Positions 29,637 to 38,422 of a DNA stretch of 64,000 nt are shown here, one piece after another. Every line of letters starts with the position of its first letter. The stretch's first letter is position 1. The DNA comes from an uncultured Ignavibacteriaceae bacterium (GTDB lineage: Bacteria; Bacteroidota; Ignavibacteria; UBA10030): NCBI GenBank assembly GCA_964581115.1, contig CAZOMY010000006.1:314-64313 (forward strand), given 5' to 3'. The notes beneath the pieces were generated by a model. It did not search any database. It was not told the origin of the DNA and saw nothing but the letters and a program-made list of their open reading frames with translations. Position numbers and translations under genes: made by a program.

Positions 29637-30584
29637 ATGGAACCCGTCGAGACCTTCATTCTCCTGGGCCTGGTATTCTTTCTCTTCATCGTTCTCCTTC
29701 GCAGTCTGCGGGTGGTGCCGCAGAGAACGAACTACATTGTCGAGCGACTGGGCAAATACCACGCGACGCTCGATGCCGGCCTTCATTTTCTGATCCCTTT
29801 TATCGATCGGATCGCCTACCGACACTCGCTCAAAGAGATGGCCATTGACGTGCCGCCGCAGGACTGCATCACGAAGGACAACATCCAGGTCGAAGTGGAT
29901 GGTGTTCTGTATTTTCAGATCATCGACCCGGTCAAGGCTTCCTACGGCATCAACGATTATGCCTACGGTTCGATCCAGCTGGCGCAGACGACGATGCGCA
30001 GCGAGATCGGCCGGATCGAGCTTGATCGGACGTTCGAGGAGCGCGAGGCGATCAATCACGCGATCGTCAACGTCATCGACAAGGCCTCGGGTCCGTGGGG
30101 CCTTAAAGTGACACGCTACGAGATCAAGAACATCGTCCCGCCGTCGAGCATCAAGGATGCCATGGAAAAGCAAATGCGGGCCGAGCGCGAGAAGCGTGCG
30201 CTCATTGCCGAATCGGAAGGCGACCGGCAGGCGAAGATCAACCGGGCCGACGGCGATAAGCAGGACGCGATCCTTCGGTCCGAAGGCGAAAAGATGAAGC
30301 GCATCAACGAGGCCGAAGGTCGGGCGCAGGAGATCGAGCGGGTTGCAATGGCGACGGCGAAGGGCATCCGCGAGATCGCAGCGGCCATCAGCGACAAGGG
30401 CGGCATGGACGCGGTCAACCTCCGGATCGCCGAGCAATATCTGGGCGAGTTCGGCAAGCTGGCGAAGACGAATAATACGATGATCTTGCCGTCGAACCTG
30501 GGCGACGTCGCGTCGATGGTCGCCACGGTCGGCAAGGTGTTCCAGTCAACCACCGAGAAGCCGGAGGAAGGGAAGAAGAAATAG
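29637..30584 (+). CDS. SPFH/band-7 (stomatin/prohibitin-like, QmcA/YbbK-type) protein
   Basis: 315 aa. N-terminal TM helix. SPFH core VVPQRTNYIVERLGKYHATLDAGLHFLIPFIDRI. C-terminal coiled coil rich in E/K/R/A. Confidence 0.85.
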   Translation: MEPVETFILLGLVFFLFIVLLRSLRVVPQRTNYIVERLGKYHATLDAGLHFLIPFIDRIAYRHSLKEMAIDVPPQDCITKDNIQVEVDGVLYFQIIDPVKASYGINDYAYGSIQLAQTTMRSEIGRIELDRTFEEREAINHAIVNVIDKASGPWGLKVTRYEIKNIVPPSSIKDAMEKQMRAEREKRALIAESEGDRQAKINRADGDKQDAILRSEGEKMKRINEAEGRAQEIERVAMATAKGIREIAAAISDKGGMDAVNLRIAEQYLGEFGKLAKTNNTMILPSNLGDVASMVATVGKVFQSTTEKPEEGKKK

Positions 30585-30620
30585 CGCGGCAGCATGAACT
30601 TCGCGCAAAGGCGAGATCGT

Positions 30621-30645
30621 CGCAGAATCGACTTCTGCGATGGCC
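30621..30645 (+). terminator. Putative intrinsic terminator after the SPFH gene
   Basis: Hairpin CGCAGAATCGACTTCTGCG (7-bp stem) 36 nt after the stop, followed by GGCCACTTTTTC (T-run). Confidence 0.4.
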
Positions 30646-30820
30646 ACTTTTTCAAATCCGTGTTCACTTTGAGGTCTCGAAGCGGGAACACGGATGACAC
30701 GGAAAAAGGAATGATGGTCACAGATACCATTGCTTGATCAGTGATCATCCTTTTCTTCAGTGTTCATCCGTGTTCGCTTTGAAGTCCAACGTTGTTCGAC
30801 AATCGGAGGCAGAGAATGCC

Positions 30821-32365
30821 ATGAAGAAGCTCGCACTCGCGTTGATGCTGGCGATCGTGGCTCCGCTGTATGCCCAGCAGCCCCCGCCGGGCATCGACGC
30901 ATACGTCGAGAAGGTCATGTCAACCTTCCAGGTGCCGGGCGTCGCCGTGACCATCGTCAAGGATGGCAAGGTCGTGCTGGCGAAGGGCTACGGCGTCAAG
31001 AAGTTGGGAGCGGCTGACAAGGTCGACGACCAAACGTTGTTCGCCATCGCATCGAACTCCAAGGTCTTCACGGCGACCGCGCTGGGACTGTTGGTAGAAG
31101 AGGGGAAGGTCGAGTGGGATGCCCCCGTCATTCGCTATCTGCCGTGGTTCCGACTGTCCGATCCGTACGTGACGAAAGAGTTGACCGTCCGCGATCTCCT
31201 CGTGCACCGTAGCGGTCTCGGTCTCGGGGCTGGCGACCTGCTGTGGTGGCCGCCGTCGACGTATGACCGCGAAGAGATCGCTCGCCGGTTGCAGTACATC
31301 CCGCTTGCGACCAGCTTCAGGTCGGAGTATGCTTATGACAACGTCCTCTATCTCGTCGCCGGACTCGTGATCGAGAAGATCAGCGGCATGAGCTGGGAGG
31401 AGTTCATCACGAAGCGCATTCTGGAGCCGGTCGGCATGACGGGCAGCAGGCCGGGTCATTCAGACATTGAAAAGGTTGCGAACGCCGCCTCGCCGCATGC
31501 TGAAGTGGAGGGAAAGGTGCGACCCGTGGCTCCGTTCACGAGCGACAACACCAATCCCGCCGGCGGCGTCGTAACGAACGCTCGGGACATTGCCAAATGG
31601 ATGCAGGTCAATCTGGATTCCGGACGCATCTCCCAGGACCGCCGGCTTTACAAGCCGACGTTGACTCGCGAGTTGCAGGCCGTGGTCACGCCGCTGCGGG
31701 CAGGACCGGCTCCGGCTTCGCTCGCCCCCTTGGGAGCGAACTTCCGCGGCTACGGGCTCGGACTGTTCCTGAGTGACTATCGCGGACTCAAATTGGTGAC
31801 ACACACGGGAGGGCTGCCCGGCTTCGTCTCCAAAGTGACGCTGATCCCGCAGAAGCGGCTGGGCGTTGCGATTCTCACGAATCAGGAAAGCGGCGAGGCG
31901 TTCATGGCGCTGACGCATCATATCCTGGACCACTATCTCGGGGCCAACGATACCGAATGGTTGCAGGGCTTCAAGGACATGAGGGACGAACAGAACAAGC
32001 GGATGGCGGACGCAGAGAAGAAGGTCGAAGCCGAACGAGCCAAGGCGGGGCCATCGTTGTCATTGGAGAAGTACGCCGGAACCTATCGTGATGCTTGGTA
32101 TGGGGATGTTGTGATCGAAGTCAAAGAGGAGAAAGGGACTATCCGGTTCGCGCGCACGCCGTCTCTGGTCGGAGACCTCGAGCACTGGCAGTACGACACT
32201 TTCATTGCTCGTTGGCACGACCGCGAGTTGCGGGCCGATGCGTTCGTGACCTTCTCGCTGGAACCGGACGGAAGCATCCGCGACGTGCGCATGAAGGCCG
32301 TCTCGCCGGCGACGGATTTCAGCTTCGACTTTCAGGATCTCCTGCTGAAACCAGTGAAACCGTAG
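30821..32365 (+). CDS. Beta-lactamase-fold serine hydrolase (class C/PBP-like) with C-terminal DUF3471-like lipocalin domain; signal peptide
   Basis: ORF 30734-32365; ATG at 30821 gives the signal peptide MKKLALALMLAIVAPLYAQ. The nucleophile motif S-x-x-K is FAIASNSKVFTA. The C-terminal roughly 110 aa form a beta-rich extension. Confidence 0.75.
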   Translation: MKKLALALMLAIVAPLYAQQPPPGIDAYVEKVMSTFQVPGVAVTIVKDGKVVLAKGYGVKKLGAADKVDDQTLFAIASNSKVFTATALGLLVEEGKVEWDAPVIRYLPWFRLSDPYVTKELTVRDLLVHRSGLGLGAGDLLWWPPSTYDREEIARRLQYIPLATSFRSEYAYDNVLYLVAGLVIEKISGMSWEEFITKRILEPVGMTGSRPGHSDIEKVANAASPHAEVEGKVRPVAPFTSDNTNPAGGVVTNARDIAKWMQVNLDSGRISQDRRLYKPTLTRELQAVVTPLRAGPAPASLAPLGANFRGYGLGLFLSDYRGLKLVTHTGGLPGFVSKVTLIPQKRLGVAILTNQESGEAFMALTHHILDHYLGANDTEWLQGFKDMRDEQNKRMADAEKKVEAERAKAGPSLSLEKYAGTYRDAWYGDVVIEVKEEKGTIRFARTPSLVGDLEHWQYDTFIARWHDRELRADAFVTFSLEPDGSIRDVRMKAVSPATDFSFDFQDLLLKPVKP

Positions 32366-32420
32366 ATCTTCGGCAAATCCGAATTTCGAAACTCGAAACA
32401 AGTCCAGATCTCGAAGCACG

Positions 32421-32459
32421 AAGGGCGCGGGTGGATCAACAAGACCTCCCGCGCCCTTT
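32421..32459. terminator. Bidirectional GC-rich hairpin terminator embedded in a longer inverted repeat
   Basis: AAGGGCGCGGG-(loop)-CCCGCGCCCTTT with flanking T/A runs. The extended arms GAAACAAGTCCAGATCTCGAAGCA (32395-) and TGCTTGAAGATTCGAACTTGTTTC (-32491) are near reverse complements. Serves the convergent serine-hydrolase (+) and acyl-CoA ligase (-) genes. A second hairpin, GCCCTCGGCCGAGCCGAGGGC, lies at about 32560-32580. Confidence 0.5.
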
Positions 32460-32751
32460 GAATTTCATGCTTGAAGATTCGAACTTGTTTCACTTTTGGT
32501 ATCCAGCAGGGTGCTGAAAAACCCGCTGGAGGTCAGAACCGTAACCGCCAAGCGCGCCAAGCCCGCCCTCGGCCGAGCCGAGGGCGAGGCCGGGGATCGC
32601 CAAGTCGATCGGGGAAAATGAATTGAAATGAACGCGTCTTCCTGGCGAACATGGCTCGCATATGATCATCTCTGACTTGGCGTCATGCCTGCCCGCCGGT
32701 CAGGCGGGGCGGTAATCGTTTTTCCGCAACCTGCTAGTATTTCTCATTTCT

Positions 32752-34674
32752 TCAGGCACCACCTTCGAACAGTCTCCTCACGATCGTCCGATTCTGGTGA
32801 TTGCACACGTCCTTCCCCTCGGGCGTGAACAAGAAGTCCATCCGGTTCTTGTAGAACTCCGTGATGCGTCCGCGCACCATCTTGAGCGTGCTGTTCAGCA
32901 TGCGGTTCTGCTCGGTGAAACCTTCGCCCAGCACAGCAAGAGCGGACGGTAGCCACCGTTCGGGGAACTGGCCGGCGTATCGTCCGCCGCCCTTGTAGGC
33001 CTTGACCTGATCTTCCAGGAGCCGCAGCACCGCGTCTTGCCCTGCCGCCGTTTGCGGGTCCAAGTGCCTGCTCTTCAGCCAGTTGCCGATGGCTTCTTTG
33101 TTGGGCACCACCAGCGCTACCGTGTAGAGCGAGTGGTCGTTGTACAGCATCACCTGGTCGATGTACGGCGAGTGCGCCACGATCGTTTCTTCGATCCCTT
33201 CCGGGCTGTACTTCTCGCCGTCCGAGCTGATCATAACGCTCTTTTCACGACCCAGGACGAAGAGGAACCCATCCTCATCCACGTACCCGATGTCGCCCGT
33301 ATACAGCCATCCATCTTTCAACACTTCCTTCGTCGCCCGATCGTTGTTCCAATATCCCTTCATAACATTCTCACCCTTCACGACGATCTGCCCCTTCTGC
33401 CCGGTCGGGACGGGCTGGTCCTGTTCGTCCAGAATGCGCAATTCAAGACGCGGCAGGATCTTTCCCGACGAACCGAGCTTGTGCGAAGCCGGAGTGTTGG
33501 CGGAGATGACCGGAGCGGCTTCCGTCAATCCATATCCTTGGTACATCGGCAGCCCGATGGCATAGAAGAAACGTTGGAGCTCGATGTCGAGCACCGCGGC
33601 GCCGCCGATAAAGTAGTCGAGGCGGCCGCCGAAGGCCTGCCGGATCTTCTTGAAAAGGAGGGCGTCGTACATCTTGTACTCCAGCCGGTCCTTCACCGTG
33701 GCCCCCCAGCCCCGATTCCACCCCTCTTTATTATATGCGTAGGCGACGGCCAGCGCCCGGCGGAACAACTTCTCGATCACCGGGCCCTTCTCGGAGATCC
33801 CTTTTTCAATGTTCTTCCGGAAGTTCTTGGCCAGAGCCGGTACGCTGAGCAGGAATGTCGGCCGGGTTTCTTTGATGTTCACCGGAATGTTGCGAAGCGT
33901 TTCCATCGGCGTCTTTCCCACCTGTACGGAAGACATGCTGGCGCCGATACTCATGAGCAGATAGACACCCGCGGTGTGCGCAAACGAGTGGTCCCACGGC
34001 AGGATCAGCAAAGAAGTGTACCACGGCGGCTGCGGCAAATGGTCCGAGCATTGCTTGACGTTGGCCGTGTAGTTCCGGTGCGTCAGCATCACCCCCTTCG
34101 GGTCGGCGGTGGTGCCCGAGGTGTAGCAGATGGTGGCCACGTCGCTCTCCTGAACCGCCTGCCAGCGACGCTCGAACTCGCTCCGGTGGCGCTTGAGGAA
34201 CTCTGTCCCGCGCCTCAGCACCTCGTCCATCGTGATCTCATCAGGATGTGGCTTTTCAGAGGCATCCAATAGGATCGTTTCCTCCAGGTCGGGAAGGTCG
34301 CGCTTGATCGTGTCGAGCTTCCGAGCTTGGTTCCCCGAGACGATCACCATGCGGCAGCCCGAATGGGCCAGGCGGAACTTGATCTCCGAAGGTTCTTCGA
34401 TCTTGATCGAGAGCGGCACGTTGATCCCCCCGGCGTACAGGATGCCAAGCTCGGACACGACCCAATCGTTGCGTCCTTCCGAGATGAGTCCCACACGGTC
34501 GCCGGGCTGTATCCCCATACTCATCAATCCTGCAGCAGCGGCATGGACGCGCTCCTGGATTTGGCGGTATGTGAACGGTTGGTACCGGCCGTCGCGTTTC
34601 TCCCACATCAGAACGCTGTCGCCGAACTTCTGAACACCGGTTTCGAGGAGCCAGGGAAGCGTGCGGGGGTTCAT
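32752..34674 (-). CDS. Long-chain fatty acid--CoA ligase (AMP-dependent synthetase/ligase, FAA1-like)
   Basis: 640 aa. AMP-binding motifs ICYTSGTTADPKGVMLTHRN, YGLTE and WLYTGDIGYVDEDGFLFVLGREK. Long eukaryote-like type. Confidence 0.85.
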   Translation of the reverse strand: MNPRTLPWLLETGVQKFGDSVLMWEKRDGRYQPFTYRQIQERVHAAAAGLMSMGIQPGDRVGLISEGRNDWVVSELGILYAGGINVPLSIKIEEPSEIKFRLAHSGCRMVIVSGNQARKLDTIKRDLPDLEETILLDASEKPHPDEITMDEVLRRGTEFLKRHRSEFERRWQAVQESDVATICYTSGTTADPKGVMLTHRNYTANVKQCSDHLPQPPWYTSLLILPWDHSFAHTAGVYLLMSIGASMSSVQVGKTPMETLRNIPVNIKETRPTFLLSVPALAKNFRKNIEKGISEKGPVIEKLFRRALAVAYAYNKEGWNRGWGATVKDRLEYKMYDALLFKKIRQAFGGRLDYFIGGAAVLDIELQRFFYAIGLPMYQGYGLTEAAPVISANTPASHKLGSSGKILPRLELRILDEQDQPVPTGQKGQIVVKGENVMKGYWNNDRATKEVLKDGWLYTGDIGYVDEDGFLFVLGREKSVMISSDGEKYSPEGIEETIVAHSPYIDQVMLYNDHSLYTVALVVPNKEAIGNWLKSRHLDPQTAAGQDAVLRLLEDQVKAYKGGGRYAGQFPERWLPSALAVLGEGFTEQNRMLNSTLKMVRGRITEFYKNRMDFLFTPEGKDVCNHQNRTIVRRLFEGGA

Positions 34675-34900
34675 GGGGGATTCCTAGTGTTGATGAACGT
34701 GGACGGAGTGTCCTTTCAACTGCCGTGCCACAATGGCGGCACGGAACGACCGGGATTCTGAAGGGTCTTTGTGCTCAGCCGCGGAGCGATGCATTCATTC
34801 TCTGTTCTGAGAGGACGAGTTCCAAGATTCGACAAGACCACGACCAGGATCGGAGATCGTCGGCTTGACATTCGGAGAGTACAACCGTACATACTCAGCC

Positions 34901-37159
34901 ATGATGAACCTACGACGATGTCTCCTTCGACCGCTGACGATGACTTCGGCGGTCCTGACGCTTGTCAACGCACAGCCGCAAACCGCAACGCCGTTCCGTT
35001 CGACGCCGGTGATCGAACGGCGCGTTGACTCGCTCCTTTCACTGATGACGCTGGAGGAGAAGCTCGGCCAGCTGAATCAGCGATCGGCTCGTTGGAATAC
35101 CGGACCTGGAAGGATGGACGCAGACTCGACCATGCGTGCCTCTCTGCGCCGCGGGGAGATCGGGTCGTTCTTCAACATCACGGGTGCTGGGGCGACCACG
35201 GAGGTTCAGCGGATCGCGGTCGAGGAGACCCGACTTCGCATTCCGCTCATCTTCGGACTTGATGTCATCCACGGCTATCGAACGATCTTTCCCATACCCT
35301 TGGCGGAGGCGGCGACGTTCGATCCCACCCTGATTGAAGAGGCTTCGCGTGTGGCTGCCGTTGAAGCGACGGCGGCGGGCGTGCACTGGACATTTGCGCC
35401 AATGGTTGACATTGCCCGGGATCCGCGATGGGGTCGGATCGCCGAAGGTGCCGGAGAGGATCCCTTTGTGGGCCGTCAGATGGCCGCCGCCCGCGTTCGC
35501 GGATTCCAGGGTCCTTCATTCAACGATCGGACGTCCCTCCTGGCGTGTGCAAAGCATTATGCGGCGTATGGCGGCGCCGAGGGGGGGCGCGACTACAACA
35601 CCGTCGATGTTTCCGAGCGAACGCTCCGGGATGTCTATCTACCGCCGTTCAAAGCCGCCGTCGATGCGGGCGCAGGTACGTTGATGGCTGCGTTCAACGA
35701 GATCGGCGGCGTGCCCAGCTCTGCGAATCCGTACCTGCTCCATCAGGTACTCCGGCGCGAGTGGGGGTTTCAAGGATTCGTCGTCAGCGACTGGACATCG
35801 GTGAATGAGCTTGTGTTGCACGGCGCGGTTTCCGATCGCACCGAGGCCGGCATCGCAGCGCTGCGGTCGGGCGTCGACATGGACATGGAGTCGAAGATCT
35901 ACGCGGATGAGCTGGTCGCCGCCGGACAGTCGGGGGCGTTGTCCGTCGCCGTCGTCGACGAGGCGGTCCGACGCGTTCTCCGGGTCAAGTTCGCGAAGGG
36001 ACTGTTCGAGGATCCATACCGCGGGACCTCCGTTTCCGCTGAACGGGCGGCCATGGTGACCCCTGCTCATCGGGCGCTCGCGCGACGCGTCGCACAGCGG
36101 TCGATCGTGCTGCTGAAGAATGAGCGCGGAACCCTGCCGTTGCGGACCGACCTTCGATCGATCGCGGTGATCGGACCGTTGGCGGCGAGCACATCCGACC
36201 CGCTCGGGTGCTGGGCCGGACTGGGCGACACGACAGACGTGGTCAGTCTGTTGGAAGGGATCAAGCGGACGGTCGGCGGTAGGACCAAGGTCCGCTACGA
36301 ACGGGGATGCGAGGTCGAAGACGTATCGACGAAGGGATTTCCAAAGGCGTTGGCTGCCGCGCGGGCGTCGGAGGTGGTCGTGCTGGCCTTGGGCGAATCG
36401 CGCAACATGAGCGGCGAGGCATCGAATCGATCGTCCCTTGACCTGCCGGGCGTTCAGCAACAGCTGTTGGAACAGGTTGTCTCCGTCGGCAAGCCGGTGG
36501 TCCTGGTACTTATGAACGGGCGGCCACTCTCCGTCACCTGGGCGGCGGAACATGTGCCGGCCATCGTCGAAGGTTGGTTTGGCGGCATCGAGGCGGGGAA
36601 CGCGCTGGCCGACGTGCTCTTCGGCGCGGTCAACCCCAGTGGACGCCTGCCGGTATCCGTGCCCCGTTCGGTCGGGCAGGTCCCGTGCTATTACAATCAC
36701 AAGAACACGGGCCGCCCGCCATCCCAGGATCATTACACATCCAAGTATCTTGATCTGCCGGCCTCGCCGCTGTATCCGTTCGGATTCGGATTGTCATACA
36801 CCTCCTTCCGATACGGAACCGTGGAACTCTCTTCGCCGTCGGTCGGCTGGAATGACACCCTGTGGGTATCGGTGAGCGTGACGAATGCGGGGACAAGGTC
36901 GGGGGAGGAGGTCGTACAGCTGTACATCCGTGATCGGGTGGGAAGCGTCACGCGACCGGTGAAAGAGCTCAAGGGTTTTCTGCGAATCAGCCTTGCCCAA
37001 GGAGCGACGACGACGGTGCGATTCGCTCTGACGGCGGACGACCTGGCGTTCTGGAATGCCGAGATGCATTTCACGGCCGAGCCGGGTTGGTTCGACGTGA
37101 TGGTCGGAGGCAATTCCGTCGACACGCAGAGCGCGGCCTTTGAGCTCCGGCGTCGCTGA
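34901..37159 (+). CDS. Glycoside hydrolase family 3 beta-glucosidase (BglX-like), secreted/periplasmic
   Basis: ORF 34865-37159; ATG-ATG at 34901 gives a signal peptide (MMNLRRCLLRPLTMTSAVLTLVNAQP). GH3 motifs GLDVIHGYRTIFPIPLAEAATFDP and GFQGFVVSDW (nucleophile Asp region). C-terminal FnIII-like domain. Confidence 0.9.
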   Translation: MMNLRRCLLRPLTMTSAVLTLVNAQPQTATPFRSTPVIERRVDSLLSLMTLEEKLGQLNQRSARWNTGPGRMDADSTMRASLRRGEIGSFFNITGAGATTEVQRIAVEETRLRIPLIFGLDVIHGYRTIFPIPLAEAATFDPTLIEEASRVAAVEATAAGVHWTFAPMVDIARDPRWGRIAEGAGEDPFVGRQMAAARVRGFQGPSFNDRTSLLACAKHYAAYGGAEGGRDYNTVDVSERTLRDVYLPPFKAAVDAGAGTLMAAFNEIGGVPSSANPYLLHQVLRREWGFQGFVVSDWTSVNELVLHGAVSDRTEAGIAALRSGVDMDMESKIYADELVAAGQSGALSVAVVDEAVRRVLRVKFAKGLFEDPYRGTSVSAERAAMVTPAHRALARRVAQRSIVLLKNERGTLPLRTDLRSIAVIGPLAASTSDPLGCWAGLGDTTDVVSLLEGIKRTVGGRTKVRYERGCEVEDVSTKGFPKALAAARASEVVVLALGESRNMSGEASNRSSLDLPGVQQQLLEQVVSVGKPVVLVLMNGRPLSVTWAAEHVPAIVEGWFGGIEAGNALADVLFGAVNPSGRLPVSVPRSVGQVPCYYNHKNTGRPPSQDHYTSKYLDLPASPLYPFGFGLSYTSFRYGTVELSSPSVGWNDTLWVSVSVTNAGTRSGEEVVQLYIRDRVGSVTRPVKELKGFLRISLAQGATTTVRFALTADDLAFWNAEMHFTAEPGWFDVMVGGNSVDTQSAAFELRRR

Positions 37160-37218
37160 ATCGGCTCATTGTCCCGGCCTGGCGGGTAGGCGACCGGTCG
37201 GGTGATCGTCGGGGGGGC

Positions 37219-37274
37219 TTGACAAGAACCCCGAAAAGTCCTAATTTGCCGCCGTCAAATGTAAACGTTTACAT
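37219..37274 (+). promoter_or_regulatory. Sigma70-like promoter (TTGACA-17 bp-TAATTT) with a perfect 16-bp LacI-family operator palindrome ATGTAAACGTTTACAT
   Basis: TTGACA at 37219-37224. TAATTT at 37242-37247 (17-bp spacer). Perfect palindrome at 37259-37274 matching the LacI-family consensus (TGTAAACGTTTACA). It sits at or just downstream of the predicted +1, 34 nt before the lacI-family start. Confidence 0.5.
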
Positions 37275-37307
37275 CACCAACGGTATGGACCGGCGCAGGG
37301 ACGGCCG

Positions 37308-38360
37308 ATGCGATCTACGATCAAGGATGTCGCCGAGCAGGCGAAGGTTTCGATCGCCACCGTTTCGCGGGCCTTCAACGAAGAGGGGAAGGTCCGCGAG
37401 GGAACGCGACAGCGCATCCTCGCCGTGGCGCAGAAGCTGAAGTACACGCCCAACGCCGCGGCACGCAATCTCATCATGAACCGGACCGAGGCGATCGGAT
37501 TGCTGTTGCCCGACCTCCACGGCGAGTTCTTTTCGGAGATCATTCGCGGCGCCGACGAGGCGGCCCAGGAGCGCCGCCACCATCTGATCGTCTCCAGCTC
37601 GCACAACGACCGCTCCGAGATCGAGGCGGCCCTCCGCTTCATGCGAGGGCGCGTCGACGGACTCGTGATCATGTCTCCCCAGATCGAGTCCGACTTGCTT
37701 CTGGCGAACCTCTCGAAGTCCCTGCCCGTCGTCCTCCTCAACTGCCGGCTTGAGAACACGGTTTACGACACGATCACGGTCGACGGCTACGGCGGGTCGC
37801 GCGACATGGTCGGATATCTCATTTCGCAAGGCCACCGGCGGATCGCGATCATCAAAGGCGGCGATAACAACTTTGAGGCCCTGGAACGTCTCCGCGGATA
37901 TCGCGCGGCACTCATTGCGGCCGGCATCCGTCCGGAGCGGCAATTGGAACTCTCGGGCGATTTCACCGAGGCTTCCGGCTACGATGCGGCTCGCCGTCTT
38001 CTGGCGATGCACCCGCATCCGACGGCCGTGTTCGCATCCAATGACTCCATGGCCATCGGAGCCATTGGCGCGTTCCACGAACATGGCATCCGGATCCCTC
38101 AGCAGGTCTCGATGTGCGGGTTCGATGATATTCCGATCGCGAAGTACATCCGCCCGGCCTTGTCAAGCGTCCATGTGCCGATCCACGATATGGGTCGCAT
38201 GGCCGTGAACCGGCTGTTGGACCGGGTCGAAAAAAGGATGCGAAAGCATCCGGCGCACATTCTTGTCCCGACGGGACTCGCCGTTCGCGCCTCCATCCGC
38301 CGGCTGTCGGGATCCGGCGTGCGGGCTTCCACGGTGCGGGCAACGACATCGAAGAAGTAA
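37308..38360 (+). CDS. LacI-family transcriptional regulator
   Basis: 350 aa. N-terminal HTH (TIKDVAEQAKVSIATVSRAFN). Periplasmic-binding-protein-like sugar-binding core with C-terminal FDDIPIAKYIRPALSSVHVP. Confidence 0.9.
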   Translation: MRSTIKDVAEQAKVSIATVSRAFNEEGKVREGTRQRILAVAQKLKYTPNAAARNLIMNRTEAIGLLLPDLHGEFFSEIIRGADEAAQERRHHLIVSSSHNDRSEIEAALRFMRGRVDGLVIMSPQIESDLLLANLSKSLPVVLLNCRLENTVYDTITVDGYGGSRDMVGYLISQGHRRIAIIKGGDNNFEALERLRGYRAALIAAGIRPERQLELSGDFTEASGYDAARRLLAMHPHPTAVFASNDSMAIGAIGAFHEHGIRIPQQVSMCGFDDIPIAKYIRPALSSVHVPIHDMGRMAVNRLLDRVEKRMRKHPAHILVPTGLAVRASIRRLSGSGVRASTVRATTSKK

Positions 38361-38422
38361 TCGCCACGACCATCACGGCAGTATCGTACGCATTCACTCA
38401 CCCCACTCATAGGAGGCATGGT

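Noticed and set aside
29067-30584. NfeD plus SPFH pair as a novel system
   Set aside because: This is the well-known conserved stomatin-operon partner arrangement. Nothing unusual in order or domain content.
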